From Candidatus Pelagibacterales bacterium (lineage in GTDB: Bacteria > Pseudomonadota > Alphaproteobacteria > Pelagibacterales > Pelagibacteraceae), in NCBI GenBank assembly GCA_965235815.1, contig CBDDZE010000004.1, positions 55,750-119,749 of the forward strand: a stretch of 64,000 nt of DNA, given 5' to 3'. The notes under the pieces are model-generated. The model had not been told where the DNA came from. It did not search any database and worked only from the letters and a program-made list of their open reading frames with translations. The translations under genes were made by a program, and so were the position numbers. This document shows, one piece after another, positions 11,993-22,147 of this stretch; the first letter of the stretch is position 1, and each line of letters starts with the position of its first letter.

Positions 11993-12448
11993 TGAGAAAA
12001 GATTATTTAGTTATTATTGATGAGAGTGATGAGCTTAAAGAATGCAATTTATTTTGCAGCAAAAAGATCAGTAGTTAATAATGCTAATTTAATAATGCTT
12101 TACGTTGTAAGGCCGGCGGTGAATGCTGAATGGGCATCTGTTGGCAATCTTATTGAACAAGAAGAGACAAGTGAGGGGAAAAAAATTAGTAGACTTTGGT
12201 CGGCTGTAGTTGAAGAAAAATTTAAAATAAAACCACAGATCATTATTAAGATGGGTGATAAGGTTGATGAAATAATCAAATTTCTTAAAGAGGATAAGAG
12301 TATTAGATTTCTTATACTTGCATCTTCAATTGATAGTGATCCAGGGCCTATTATTAAGTCTTTATCCAAAAAGATGAATGATCTGCCAGTGCCCTTAGTT
12401 ATAATCCCAGGTCTCATTTCAGAAAAGGAACTGGATAATTTAATATAA
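11992..12448 (+). CDS. Universal stress protein-like, frameshift near 12040
   Basis: ATG at 11992 gives MRKDYLVIIDESDELK, joining NAIYFAAKR...DPGPII...PVPLVIIPG; the trpS-usp-nifU order is typical of alphaproteobacteria. Confidence 0.75.
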
Positions 12449-12486
12449 GCTATTGAATTTTATAGTCTTATTATAAAGTCTAATTA

Positions 12487-12516
12487 CTTTAATAACAAAT
12501 CATACTAACCACATAT
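12487..12516 (+). promoter_or_regulatory. Candidate sigma32 promoter, possibly giving a leaderless mRNA
   Basis: CTTTAAT-N15-CCACATAT ending 6 nt before the ATG at 12523; shares CCACATA with the dnaK site. Confidence 0.5.
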
Positions 12517-12522
12517 ACACAT

Positions 12523-13060
12523 ATGAATATTGATGTGCAGCAAACTCCAAATCCAGACACATTAAAATTTGTGTTAGGTTTAGAGTTGGTGCAAAACGGT
12601 TCTATCGAATTTAAAAGCCATTCAGAGGCTAAAGAATATCCCTTTGTTCAAAAAATATTTGAGCTTGGCGTTGAGCTCGTATTTTTTGGAGCTAATTTTA
12701 TCTCTGTTAAAAAGAATAGGTCTTTAGAGTGGGGAAAAATATTAGAGGAAATTAAAAATATTATAAAAAATGATTTTCCTAAAAATTTTACAGCAATCAA
12801 TATAAAAAAAGAAACAAGCGATAATAAAGATGAGATATTTAAAAAAATTGAAGAAGTGCTAGAACTTAAAATACGCCCTGCAGTTGCACAGGATGGAGGC
12901 AATATTAAGTTAAGATCTTTTATTGATGGGGTGGCTGAAGTAGAACTACAAGGAAGCTGCGCAGGATGTCCTTCTTCTACATTAACTCTAAAACAAGGCG
13001 TTGAACGAATGCTCGTTCATTATGTGCCTGAGGTAAAAAGCGTAAGAGCTGTAAGTCTAT
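12523..13060 (+). CDS. NifU/NfuA-type Fe-S carrier (Nfu_N plus NifU-C); true stop probably lost to an indel
   Basis: TPNPDTLKF N-terminus, IRPAVAQDGG, GSCAGCPSS (CxxC). The ORF runs through into the next gene's start at 13075. Confidence 0.9.
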
Positions 13061-13074
13061 CAAGAGAAATTAAT

Positions 13075-14231
13075 ATGAAAAAAATTTTTTTAAATCAAAA
13101 ATTAATTAATTTTTTTGAAAAAAGTAAGAAAAGAAATTTTTAGGGACAACGGTTTCTTGAGATATATCATTGATACAATAGCACCGACATTAAGATTTTT
13201 TTCTTTTATTTTAAAAAATATAAATAAAATTTACTTTTTTTTAATTAATAAACTTAATCTTAAAAAAATCTTTCCATATACTGTTATTGATCGCACTAAT
13301 TATTTTTACCGCTTTTGTTCCGGAGATGTTCAAATCCACAGCTGATAAAAAAAAATTATTAACAATCAAAACAGAAGAATATACTACAAACGACCCTTCG
13401 ATTGATCAGATGTTAAAGAAAAGTTTTTTAAGTAATGATTCAAAAAAATTAAGTTTAGATTTTCAGCAAGTAGTAAGTATTATTAATTTATTTGAAAAGA
13501 GCGGTTATAATCTTGAAAAAGTTAGAGAAGGAGCGCCTGTTGCTAATTTCTTTTTAGCAAAATTCCCAGAAGGCATTAGTGAATTAGATAATATTGAGCA
13601 AAGAAAAAGAATTTTTATACAAATATTATTGCCAATTGTTTTATCAGAAAATGAAAAAATTATTGCTGATCGAAGAATCTTAACAACGATCATGAATAGA
13701 AAAAGCTTTAAAAAAGATGCTGATTGGCTAAATGAGAAGTTTCAGCAATACAAAGTTAAAAATAATAGTGTTAAAGAATTACTATTTAAAATGGATATTA
13801 TTCCACCATCATTAGCTATAGCTCAAGCAGCTTATGAAAGTGGCTGGGGCACTTCTCGTTTTGCAATTGAGGGTAATGCTTTATTTGGTCAGTGGGGATG
13901 GAAAGAAAATAAAGGGATGGTACCAGAAAATCGAGCTGAAGATGAAAAGCATGAAGTTTCAAAGTTTAATCAAATTAGATATGCAGTGAGCGCCTATAAA
14001 AATAACTTAAATACGCACCCATTTTATGAAGAATTTAGAATAGAAAGAGCCAAACAAAGATCAGGTAGATTAAGTGGATCAATATCAGGAATAAAATTAA
14101 TCAAACATGTTCATAAATATTCAATTAAAGGAGACGATTATGTTCTTGGTTTAAAGAAAATTATTGAACAAAATTCTCTACAAGATTTTGATAAAGCAAA
14201 TTTATTAGTTAAAAGATCAGGATCGATCTAA
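13075..14231 (+). CDS. Membrane-anchored glucosaminidase-domain protein (Bax/GH73-like), two frameshifts in the N-terminal part
   Basis: IIPPSLAIAQAAYESGWGTSRFAIEGNALFGQW and NLNTHPFY motifs; hydrophobic segment near 13280; start uncertain. Confidence 0.8.
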
Positions 14232-15280
14232 TTTCCATCTACCACAAACTGAAATCCCAACCAGCGCCATTGATTATCTTTATCTAATAAAGAACAATTG
14301 ATTCTGCCAGTTCTTGTTGTAAATTTTTTATCTAAATTAACTTTTATCCAATTTTTTTCAATAAATGATATTTTCTTTTTACTCCACTCACCACCATCAT
14401 TAGCAAAGCAATTAATCTTTTCTAAATTAGTAATCTCTTTAAAAAATTCTATTTCAATTTTTGGAGGATTTTCAAATTTAGTAATGAATTTATTTTCTGG
14501 CTTGAAAGATTTAAAAGGAAAAGGTTTAGTATTTAATAAAGTTAAAAATCTTTCCGCTTTTCCATAGCTTTCGTTTACAGGATAACGTGGTAGTTCAAAT
14601 AAATCTTTTGATTTGTCAATTACGCCAGAATGTTGTCCAAAAGCTAATTCATAATTAAATTCTTTTACAATTTTTTTAAAAGTAGAACTATATTCACCAA
14701 ATGGATAAGAAAAATATTTGGGTCTAAAAGATAATTCTCTTAAAAAATCTTTATGGGATTTTTCTAAATCTTCTTTTATTTCGCTTTCAGATTTATTAAC
14801 TAAATATTCATGAGAAAAACTATGACCACCGATAGTTCCAATTTTTGAATTATGAATTTCTCGCACCTGATCCCAAGTCATGTAATTAGGGTTATTAGCA
14901 TTAACTTCTCTTGTGTTAAAAAAAAGTACAAATGGAATTTTTTTCTCTTTTAATATTTTCCATCCGTTGTCGTAAAAAGACCTAAAAGCATCATCAACAG
15001 TAATTAAAACTTTCTTAGAATCGTAACTTTTGTTTTCAATTAGGATTTTTCTTAATTCATCGATTGAAATAAACTCAATCTTGTTTTGATTTATAATTTC
15101 TAGTTGTAAATTAAACTCTTTTAGTCTGACATTGGTTGTTGGATATTTATTTTCCTCAAAACGATGATACATTAATCCAATAATTCCTTTTTCATTTTGA
15201 TATTCTTGAGAATTAACTTCTGAAAGATTAGTAATTATTAAAAAAGTAATTAAAATAATTCTTTTTATGAATGAAGCCAT
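14228..15280 (-). CDS. Exported polysaccharide deacetylase (NodB/CE4 family)
   Basis: Signal-like N-terminus MASFIKRIILITFLII; LMYHRF, TVDDA, HSFSH, FSYPFG motifs. Confidence 0.88.
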   Translation of the reverse strand: MASFIKRIILITFLIITNLSEVNSQEYQNEKGIIGLMYHRFEENKYPTTNVRLKEFNLQLEIINQNKIEFISIDELRKILIENKSYDSKKVLITVDDAFRSFYDNGWKILKEKKIPFVLFFNTREVNANNPNYMTWDQVREIHNSKIGTIGGHSFSHEYLVNKSESEIKEDLEKSHKDFLRELSFRPKYFSYPFGEYSSTFKKIVKEFNYELAFGQHSGVIDKSKDLFELPRYPVNESYGKAERFLTLLNTKPFPFKSFKPENKFITKFENPPKIEIEFFKEITNLEKINCFANDGGEWSKKKISFIEKNWIKVNLDKKFTTRTGRINCSLLDKDNQWRWLGFQFVVDGN

Positions 15281-15828
15281 GAATTCTAGTTTTTGTTCAA
15301 TCGATTTTACACTTGGAAGTTTAATACTAATTGTAAAAGAAAACAATTCTGACTTTGCTTTAGTTCAGGATAAATTCTTAAATAGTGAAAATTTTATAAA
15401 TATTCTTTTAGATTTCTTTCAGAAAAACAATATCAAAATAGAAAACTTAAATTTTTTTATGATTAACTTAGGACCAGGTGGATTTGTTGGTCTTAGAAAT
15501 ATTTTATCTTCAATTAAAAGTATTGCCTTAGTTAAAAAAATCAAAGTACTTGGATTTAATAATTTTCAGATCTTCAAAATCTACAATTGCTAACCAGGAT
15601 TATGAAAAAGTTGCCTTAGAAGTGAATAATAGATTCTATATTAAAGACCTAAAAAATTGTGATGACTATTATTCTAAATTTACTGTTCAAAATGCTTTTG
15701 AAAAAAATAGTGATAAAATAGTTAAATTCTCAAAATTACCCAAATATACATCTAAGAATCTTCAATATATTTTGGATAATAAACTTTTTATTGATAGCAA
15801 ATTATTCCCCATTTATGAAAATATGTAA
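15279..15828 (+). CDS. tsaB: tRNA t6A biosynthesis protein TsaB-like, short and divergent, frameshift near 15585
   Basis: SIDFT near the N-terminus and NLGPGGFVGLR (cf. GPGSFTGLR); lies before miaB as in other alphaproteobacteria. Confidence 0.7.
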
Positions 15829-15896
15829 CAAATATATTTCATTTATTTGTTTTTTTTTATACGTTCAGAGCTTCTAATATTTTGAGATTAAAATAA

Positions 15897-17234
15897 TTGT
15901 TAAAAACATTTTATATAAAGACTTTTGGTTGTCAGATGAATGAGTACGATTCTGATAAAATATCCGACTTAATGCAGTCTGTTAATTTTGTAAGATCTGA
16001 AACTTTAGCAGATGTAGATTGTATTATATTTAATACTTGCCACATTAGAGAAAAAGCAACCGAAAAAGTTTATTCCGATATTGGAAAAATTAAAAAACTA
16101 AATCGCTCTAAAAAAAAACCTATTTTTGTATTAGCAGGATGTATAGCGCAAGCACAAGGTGAGGAGATTTTTAAAAGAACTAACTATGTTGATATTGTTG
16201 TTGGGCCACAATCTTACCATCGACTGCCTGAACAAATTAAAAATTTTGCAGAAAGAAAAGAAAATTTTTCTGACACTAATTTTGAATTAATAGAAAAATT
16301 TGACACCTTAGATAATTTAAAATCTTCAAGAAAATCTAAAGTTTCTGAATTTTTAACTATCCAAGAAGGTTGCGATAAATTTTGTTCCTTCTGTGTAGTT
16401 CCTTATACAAGAGGCGCTGAATTTTCGAGATCGTTTAATAGCATTATTAACGAGGCAAAAAAATTATCAGATAATGGAGTTAGAGAAATTGTTTTACTTG
16501 GACAAAATGTAAGCGCTTACAAATTTGTTGATGGAAATAAAACTTATAACCTTGCGAAACTTATTGATGAAATAGCTAAAATTAATTCAATTCACAGAAT
16601 ACGTTTTACCACTTCACATCCAAATGACATGGATCAAGAATTGATAGAGGCTTTTAAATATCAAAAAAAATTAATGCCGCAATTACATCTACCCATTCAA
16701 TCAGGTTCTAATAAAATTTTAAAATTAATGAATAGAAAACATACAAGAGAATATTATTTAGATTTAATTGCTAAATTTAAAGAAGCTAATCCACAAATGG
16801 AATTTTCTAGCGATTTTATAATTGGTTTTCCAGGGGAGGAAGACAAAGATTTTCAAGATACGCTTGATATTATTAATAGAGTAAATTTTATTAGTTCGTA
16901 TTCATTTATATATAGTCAAAGACCAGGCACTCCAGCTGTTGATCGAGATCAGATATCCCTAGATATATGTAAAGGCCGATTATTAAAATTACAGACTTTA
17001 TTAGGTGATATTCAATTTAAAAACAGCAAACAACTAATAGGAAAAAAAACTGAAATATTAATTGAGAATAAAACTAAAACTCCAGGCCAATTTTTTGGTA
17101 GAAGTAAATTCATGCATTCTATCTTCTTTAACTCTGAAAATTGTAATCCAGGAGATTTAGTGGATATTGAAATTACTTCCTGCAACAGTAAAAATCTTTT
17201 TGGCGTGTTGCAAAAAGAAGAAGTGCTCGCTTGA
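15897..17234 (+). CDS. miaB: tRNA 2-methylthiotransferase MiaB
   Basis: TFGCQMNEYDS, NTCHIREKA, radical-SAM CDKFCSFC, C-terminal TRAM domain. Confidence 0.97.
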   Translation: MLKTFYIKTFGCQMNEYDSDKISDLMQSVNFVRSETLADVDCIIFNTCHIREKATEKVYSDIGKIKKLNRSKKKPIFVLAGCIAQAQGEEIFKRTNYVDIVVGPQSYHRLPEQIKNFAERKENFSDTNFELIEKFDTLDNLKSSRKSKVSEFLTIQEGCDKFCSFCVVPYTRGAEFSRSFNSIINEAKKLSDNGVREIVLLGQNVSAYKFVDGNKTYNLAKLIDEIAKINSIHRIRFTTSHPNDMDQELIEAFKYQKKLMPQLHLPIQSGSNKILKLMNRKHTREYYLDLIAKFKEANPQMEFSSDFIIGFPGEEDKDFQDTLDIINRVNFISSYSFIYSQRPGTPAVDRDQISLDICKGRLLKLQTLLGDIQFKNSKQLIGKKTEILIENKTKTPGQFFGRSKFMHSIFFNSENCNPGDLVDIEITSCNSKNLFGVLQKEEVLA

Positions 17235-18259
17235 TGAATATATCTAAGGTTTCTAGTTCGCAAATTGAAATTATTGAAAAAAATAATGATTATTTGAGTT
17301 TTTATATAAAAAATAATTTAGTTTTAAGTAAAATTATTGGTGAATTCGATTCCAATCTTAAAGAAATAGAAAATATTACTAATACAAAAATTAATTTAAG
17401 AGGGAATTTAATGATTGTACGAGGTGATTTAAATAATAGACAATCAGTTGTTCAAATTATGGACAATCTTATCGCAAAATTTGTAAACACAAACAGCATT
17501 GAAAAAGAAGACATTAAGACAATCTTTGATGTAACTAAAATGAATAGAACGGAATCAAATCCTAATTCAATTTATAGTGATAATGATGCTATCAAAACCT
17601 CAAAAAAAATAATTTTACCAAGATCTGAGAAGCAGAAAATTTACGTAGATGCTTTAAAAAATCATAAAATTGTAATGGCATTAGGACCTGCTGGAACTGG
17701 AAAAACATTCTTAGCGGTTGCGGTAGCGGTTACTTTTTTATTAGAAGATAAAGTTAAAAAAATAATATTATCAAGACCAGCAGTAGAAGCAGGAGAAAAT
17801 TTAGGATTTTTACCAGGAGATATGAAAGATAAAATTGATCCTTATCTTATACCTCTTTATGATTCTCTTTATGAGCTTCTGGGTTATGAAAAAATTCAAA
17901 GAAAAATAGAAGAAGGTATAATTGAGATTGCACCACTTGCTTTTATGAGAGGAAGAACACTAAAAGATTCATTTGTCATATTAGATGAAGCTCAGAATGC
18001 AACGTTTACTCAAATAAAAATGTTCCTAACTAGACTTGGAAATAATTCAACAATGGTAATAAACGGCGACCCATCGCAAGTGGATTTAGCAAAATCAAAA
18101 GAATCCGGACTTTATGAAACCACAAAAATTCTTAAAGATATTAAAGAAATTAAAACCATAAACTTTGATCATAATGATGTTATGAGACATCCTTTAGTTT
18201 CTAAAATCGTTAAGGCTTATGATGATTATGAAAAAAAAGAGCCGAATGGTAAAAGTTAA
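17234..18259 (+). CDS. PhoH-like ATPase (YbeZ type)
   Basis: GPAGTGKT, RPAVEAGENLGFLPG, LDEAQN; between miaB and ybeY. Confidence 0.93.
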   Translation: MNISKVSSSQIEIIEKNNDYLSFYIKNNLVLSKIIGEFDSNLKEIENITNTKINLRGNLMIVRGDLNNRQSVVQIMDNLIAKFVNTNSIEKEDIKTIFDVTKMNRTESNPNSIYSDNDAIKTSKKIILPRSEKQKIYVDALKNHKIVMALGPAGTGKTFLAVAVAVTFLLEDKVKKIILSRPAVEAGENLGFLPGDMKDKIDPYLIPLYDSLYELLGYEKIQRKIEEGIIEIAPLAFMRGRTLKDSFVILDEAQNATFTQIKMFLTRLGNNSTMVINGDPSQVDLAKSKESGLYETTKILKDIKEIKTINFDHNDVMRHPLVSKIVKAYDDYEKKEPNGKS

Positions 18260-18702
18260 TTTAGTTATTGAACATAAGAGCTGGAAATCTAGATACCCCA
18301 AAGTAAATTTGTTTCTTAAAAAAAGTATTAAAAAAATTTTATTATCTATATTTCCATCTAGGTTAATGGCCTTTGAAATATCCATTCTTCTAACGGGCAC
18401 AAAAAATATGAAAAATCTTAATAAAAAATTTAGGAAAATTAATAAGGATACAGACGTATTATCTTTTCCTGCGGAGAGATAAAAATTTTTTTAAAAAGGA
18501 TCTTAAATTAAAGAAAAAGGTTTACCTTGGAGATATCGCGCTAAGTTATCAGTATATTGAAGCGATTATTAAAAAAGAAAATATAAACTTTGATGATTAT
18601 TTTAAAAAAATGTTAATTCATGGCGTTTTACATCTTATTGGCTATGAGCATGATTCATTTAAAAAATATAAAAAAATGAATATAACAGTAAAAAATGATT
18701 AG
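18246..18702 (+). CDS. ybeY: rRNA maturation endoribonuclease YbeY, frameshift near 18478; end approximate
   Basis: TDVLSFP, then in the shifted frame YLGDI and HGVLHLIGYEH (H-x3-H-x5-H). Confidence 0.9.
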
Positions 18703-18720
18703 AAGTATTTAAAAATAAAG

Positions 18721-20258
18721 ATGTCAAAAAAAAATATTTTTTTTATCTACATTTTTTTATTATTATTAGGCTCTTTATCTAGCTTTTCTTTGCCACCTTA
18801 TAATCTTATTTTTGTAAATTTTATTACTTACTCTCTATTTTTATATCTAATAGTTTTATTTAAAGAAAAAAAAGCAAAAATATCTAATTTTTTTTTTTTA
18901 GGCTTTGCTTTTGGTTATGGATATTTTGCAAGTAGCCTTTATTGGGTTTCGCACTCATTAACTTTTGACAAACAGTTAACTTTTTTAATTCCAATCGCAA
19001 TATTAGGCTTGCCTATTTTATTGCTATCTTTTATGGGTTTGCAGTTATTGCAATTCATTCTTTGATAAAAAAAGATTATATTTTTTTATTAATATTTTCT
19101 ATTTCCTTATCAGTATTTGAATATTTACGAGGAATATTATTTACAGGATTTTCTTGGAATCTAATATCTTATTCATGGAGTTTTTCACTTGAGAATATTC
19201 AAATATTAAAATTCATTGGCACATATACTTTTAATTTTTTTAGCATTCTTATCTTTTCAATTTACTTTAATTCTTTATGGCCTGTTCAGTTTAAAAAAAT
19301 ACTAATTAATTCTGCTTTTTTATTTATTGTCTTAATTTCTAATTATTTATTTGGAAAAATTATAATAAAAAATACAGAGTTTAATCAGTACAACGACATT
19401 AAAATTAAAATAGTTCAGCCTAATATTGATATCGCCAAAACTTGGGGCACTGAAAACGAGAATAGAAATTTAATTTCTTTAATCAATCTAAGCAAAGTAA
19501 ACAAAGATGAAAAAACTTTAATTGTTTGGCCTGAGGGGATGATCCAACAAACTAATCCTAAAGATCTGTATAAATATAAAGAATACTTTAATAAAAATTT
19601 TTCTAAAAATCATTTAGTTGTTGTTGGTGTAACCAATCCAAGTATTACAGGTAATAAAATTAATTTTTATAACTCCTTAGTCGTTCTTAACAATAATGCT
19701 GAAGTTGTTAATGTTTATAGCAAGATTAAACTTGTGCCATTTGGAGAATTTATTCCTTTTGAGAATTTATTAGCAAAGTGGGGATTAAAAAAAATTACGT
19801 TTGGATATAGTTCTTTCTCTTCTGGAAATGATAGAAAAGAGATTAAAGTATTTAATAATTTATCTTTCTTGCCTTTGCTTTGTTATGAAATAATTTATTC
19901 TGGAGATCTTAAACGTGATTCTAAAGATTATAATTTCATAATAAACATTTCAGAAGATGGTTGGTTTGGAGACTCAATTGGCCCCTACCAACATCTAACC
20001 CAAGCAGTTTTTAGAGCAGTAGAGCAAGGTGTTCCAATTGTAAGATCAACTAATAAAGGTATGTCCGCTTATATTTCTCCGAATGGAAAAATTATAAATT
20101 CTTTAGAATTAAACAAATCAGGTTTTATTGATCTAAAATTATTCTTTTTAAAAGGAAAAACCTTGTTTTCTTTATTAGAAAACTATATTTTTTATTTTAC
20201 AATCTTCTTAAGTATTATATTCGTTATTGCTCTTAGAAAATTTAATAAAAATGGCTAA
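18721..20258 (+). CDS. lnt: Apolipoprotein N-acyltransferase, frameshift near 19030
   Basis: [27 protein letters not shown] motifs; N-terminal TM part in ORF 18721..19065. Confidence 0.94.
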
Positions 20259-21414
20259 ACAAGATTATATATTTACTAGTGAATCAGTGTCAGAAGGGCA
20301 TCCCGATAAAGTTTGCGATATTATATCGGACTCGGTGCTCGATTTATATTTATCTAAATTTCCTGAAAGTAGGGTTGCTTGCGAAACTTTAGTAACTACA
20401 AATACAGTTGTGATTGCTGGTGAAGTAAGGGGTCCAGAGATAAACAACGATGAAATTGAAAAATTAATTAGATCTAGAGTTAAAGACATTGGTTATGAGC
20501 AAGAAGGTTTTCATTGGAAAAATTTAATATTTACAAACTACCTTCATAGCCAATCACAAGATATAGCTGTAGGTGTTGATTCAGCCGGCAATAAAGATGA
20601 AGGCGCAGGCGATCAAGGAATTATGTTTGGTTATGCTTGTACAGAGACAAAAGATCTTATGCCAGCACCGATAAGCTATTCTCATAAAGTTTTACAATTA
20701 ATGTCAGAGGCAAGAAAATCTGGAAAAGAAAAATTTTTAAGACCCGATTCAAAAAGTCAATTTTCAGTTATTTATGAAAAAGGAAAACCGAAAGGAATTT
20801 CTTCAATAGTTGTTTCAACACAACACGAAGAAAATATTGATCAAGAAAAAGTTAAAGAAATTGTACGTCCCTACGTTTTATCAGTCATTCCAAAAGGTTG
20901 GATGTGTGATGAGAAACATTTTTATGTTAATCCAACGGGTAGATTTGTTATTGGTGGACCAGATGGAGATTCAGGATTAACGGGTCGAAAAATTATCGTT
21001 GATACTTACGGCGGAGCAGCGCCTCATGGCGGCGGAGCATTTTCAGGAAAAGATCCAACAAAAGTGGATCGATCAGCAGCTTACGTTGCAAGATATTTGG
21101 CAAAAAATATTGTAGCCGCAGGTGTTGCAGAAAAATGTTTAATACAATTGTCTTATGCAATTGGAGTTTCGCAACCACTTTCAATTTACATCGATTTATT
21201 TGACGGTGAGGATAAAAAGTCAAAAAAAATTGAAGAAATTATTTCTAAAAATTTTAATTTAAGTCCAAGAGGTATTCGTGAGTTATTAAAACTTAATAAA
21301 CCAATCTATAAAAAAACTGCAGCATATGGTCATTTTGGTAGACAATCTGAAGACGATGGTTCATTTAGCTGGGAAAAAACTGATTTAATTAAATATTTTC
21401 AATCAAAAGTATAA
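20251..21414 (+). CDS. metK: S-adenosylmethionine synthetase
   Basis: [28 protein letters not shown]. Confidence 0.99.
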   Translation: MAKQDYIFTSESVSEGHPDKVCDIISDSVLDLYLSKFPESRVACETLVTTNTVVIAGEVRGPEINNDEIEKLIRSRVKDIGYEQEGFHWKNLIFTNYLHSQSQDIAVGVDSAGNKDEGAGDQGIMFGYACTETKDLMPAPISYSHKVLQLMSEARKSGKEKFLRPDSKSQFSVIYEKGKPKGISSIVVSTQHEENIDQEKVKEIVRPYVLSVIPKGWMCDEKHFYVNPTGRFVIGGPDGDSGLTGRKIIVDTYGGAAPHGGGAFSGKDPTKVDRSAAYVARYLAKNIVAAGVAEKCLIQLSYAIGVSQPLSIYIDLFDGEDKKSKKIEEIISKNFNLSPRGIRELLKLNKPIYKKTAAYGHFGRQSEDDGSFSWEKTDLIKYFQSKV

Positions 21415-21415
21415 T

Positions 21416-22080
21416 TTGATCGACGACAAAAAAAAGATTTTTTTTGGAAGATCAAAATCAAGAGCCTTATCTAAAAGCAAAAAGTTTTTTTATGAAAATC
21501 ATAAAAAAGATTTTTTAGTCAATTTTGAAGAAATAAAACTAGTTAAAAATAAAGATTTTATTTTAGAAATAGGATTTGGTTTAGGTGAAAATATATTATT
21601 TCAAGCAACCACTTATCCAAAAGATTATTTTATTGGAGTGGATCCTTTTATTAATGGAGTTGCTAATGTTGTGCAAAAAGCTAAAGAATTAAACTTAAAT
21701 AATATTTCAATACTAGATGTACCGGTACAAAAAGTCATAGATAATTTTGTAGATAATTTTTTTTCAAAAGTTTTTGTCTTATTTCCTGATCCATGGATGA
21801 AAAATAAGCAAAAAAAAAGAAGATTACTAAATTATTTATTTTTAGAAAAAATTTTAAAAAAAATGAAAATTAAATTGACATTGATATTTGTAACAGACGA
21901 TCAGGATTATTTTAATTATGTAGTAAAGGAGATTTCTTTATTAAAGAAAAAAACTATACTTTTGAATATAGTTTGAGCAATAGACATCCCATAGTCGATA
22001 CAAAATACTCAAATAAGGCCAATAAATTAAAAAAAGATATTTATTTTTTAAATCTTGATAAGTTAAAAAATGTAGCGTAG
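21416..22080 (+). CDS. trmB: tRNA m7G46 methyltransferase, frameshift near 21950
   Basis: LEIGFGLGE, FPDPWMK, VTD motifs; shifted frame continues TKYSNKA to TAG at 22080. Confidence 0.88.
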
Positions 22081-22083
22081 ATT
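22055..22083 (+). promoter_or_regulatory. Candidate sigma70 promoter of the nusA operon
   Basis: TTGATA-N17-TAGATT inside the trmB 3' end. Confidence 0.55.
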
Positions 22084-22107
22084 AAAGGAAATTATTGAAA
22101 GTACATG

Positions 22108-22131
22108 ATGGGCTTAGGCCCATTTTTTTTT
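22108..22131 (+). terminator. Intrinsic terminator/attenuator hairpin in the nusA leader
   Basis: ATGGGC-TTAG-GCCCAT followed by a T run, 16 nt before the nusA ATG. Confidence 0.8.
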
Positions 22132-22147
22132 ACAGGAAACAAAACTA

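Noticed and set aside
13051-13143. C-terminal extension or fusion of the NifU protein
   Set aside because: Best explained by an indel removing the stop after VRAV; the extension is the next gene's N-terminus.
20200-20251. SAM riboswitch before metK
   Set aside because: metK overlaps lnt; there is no leader or GC-rich structure.
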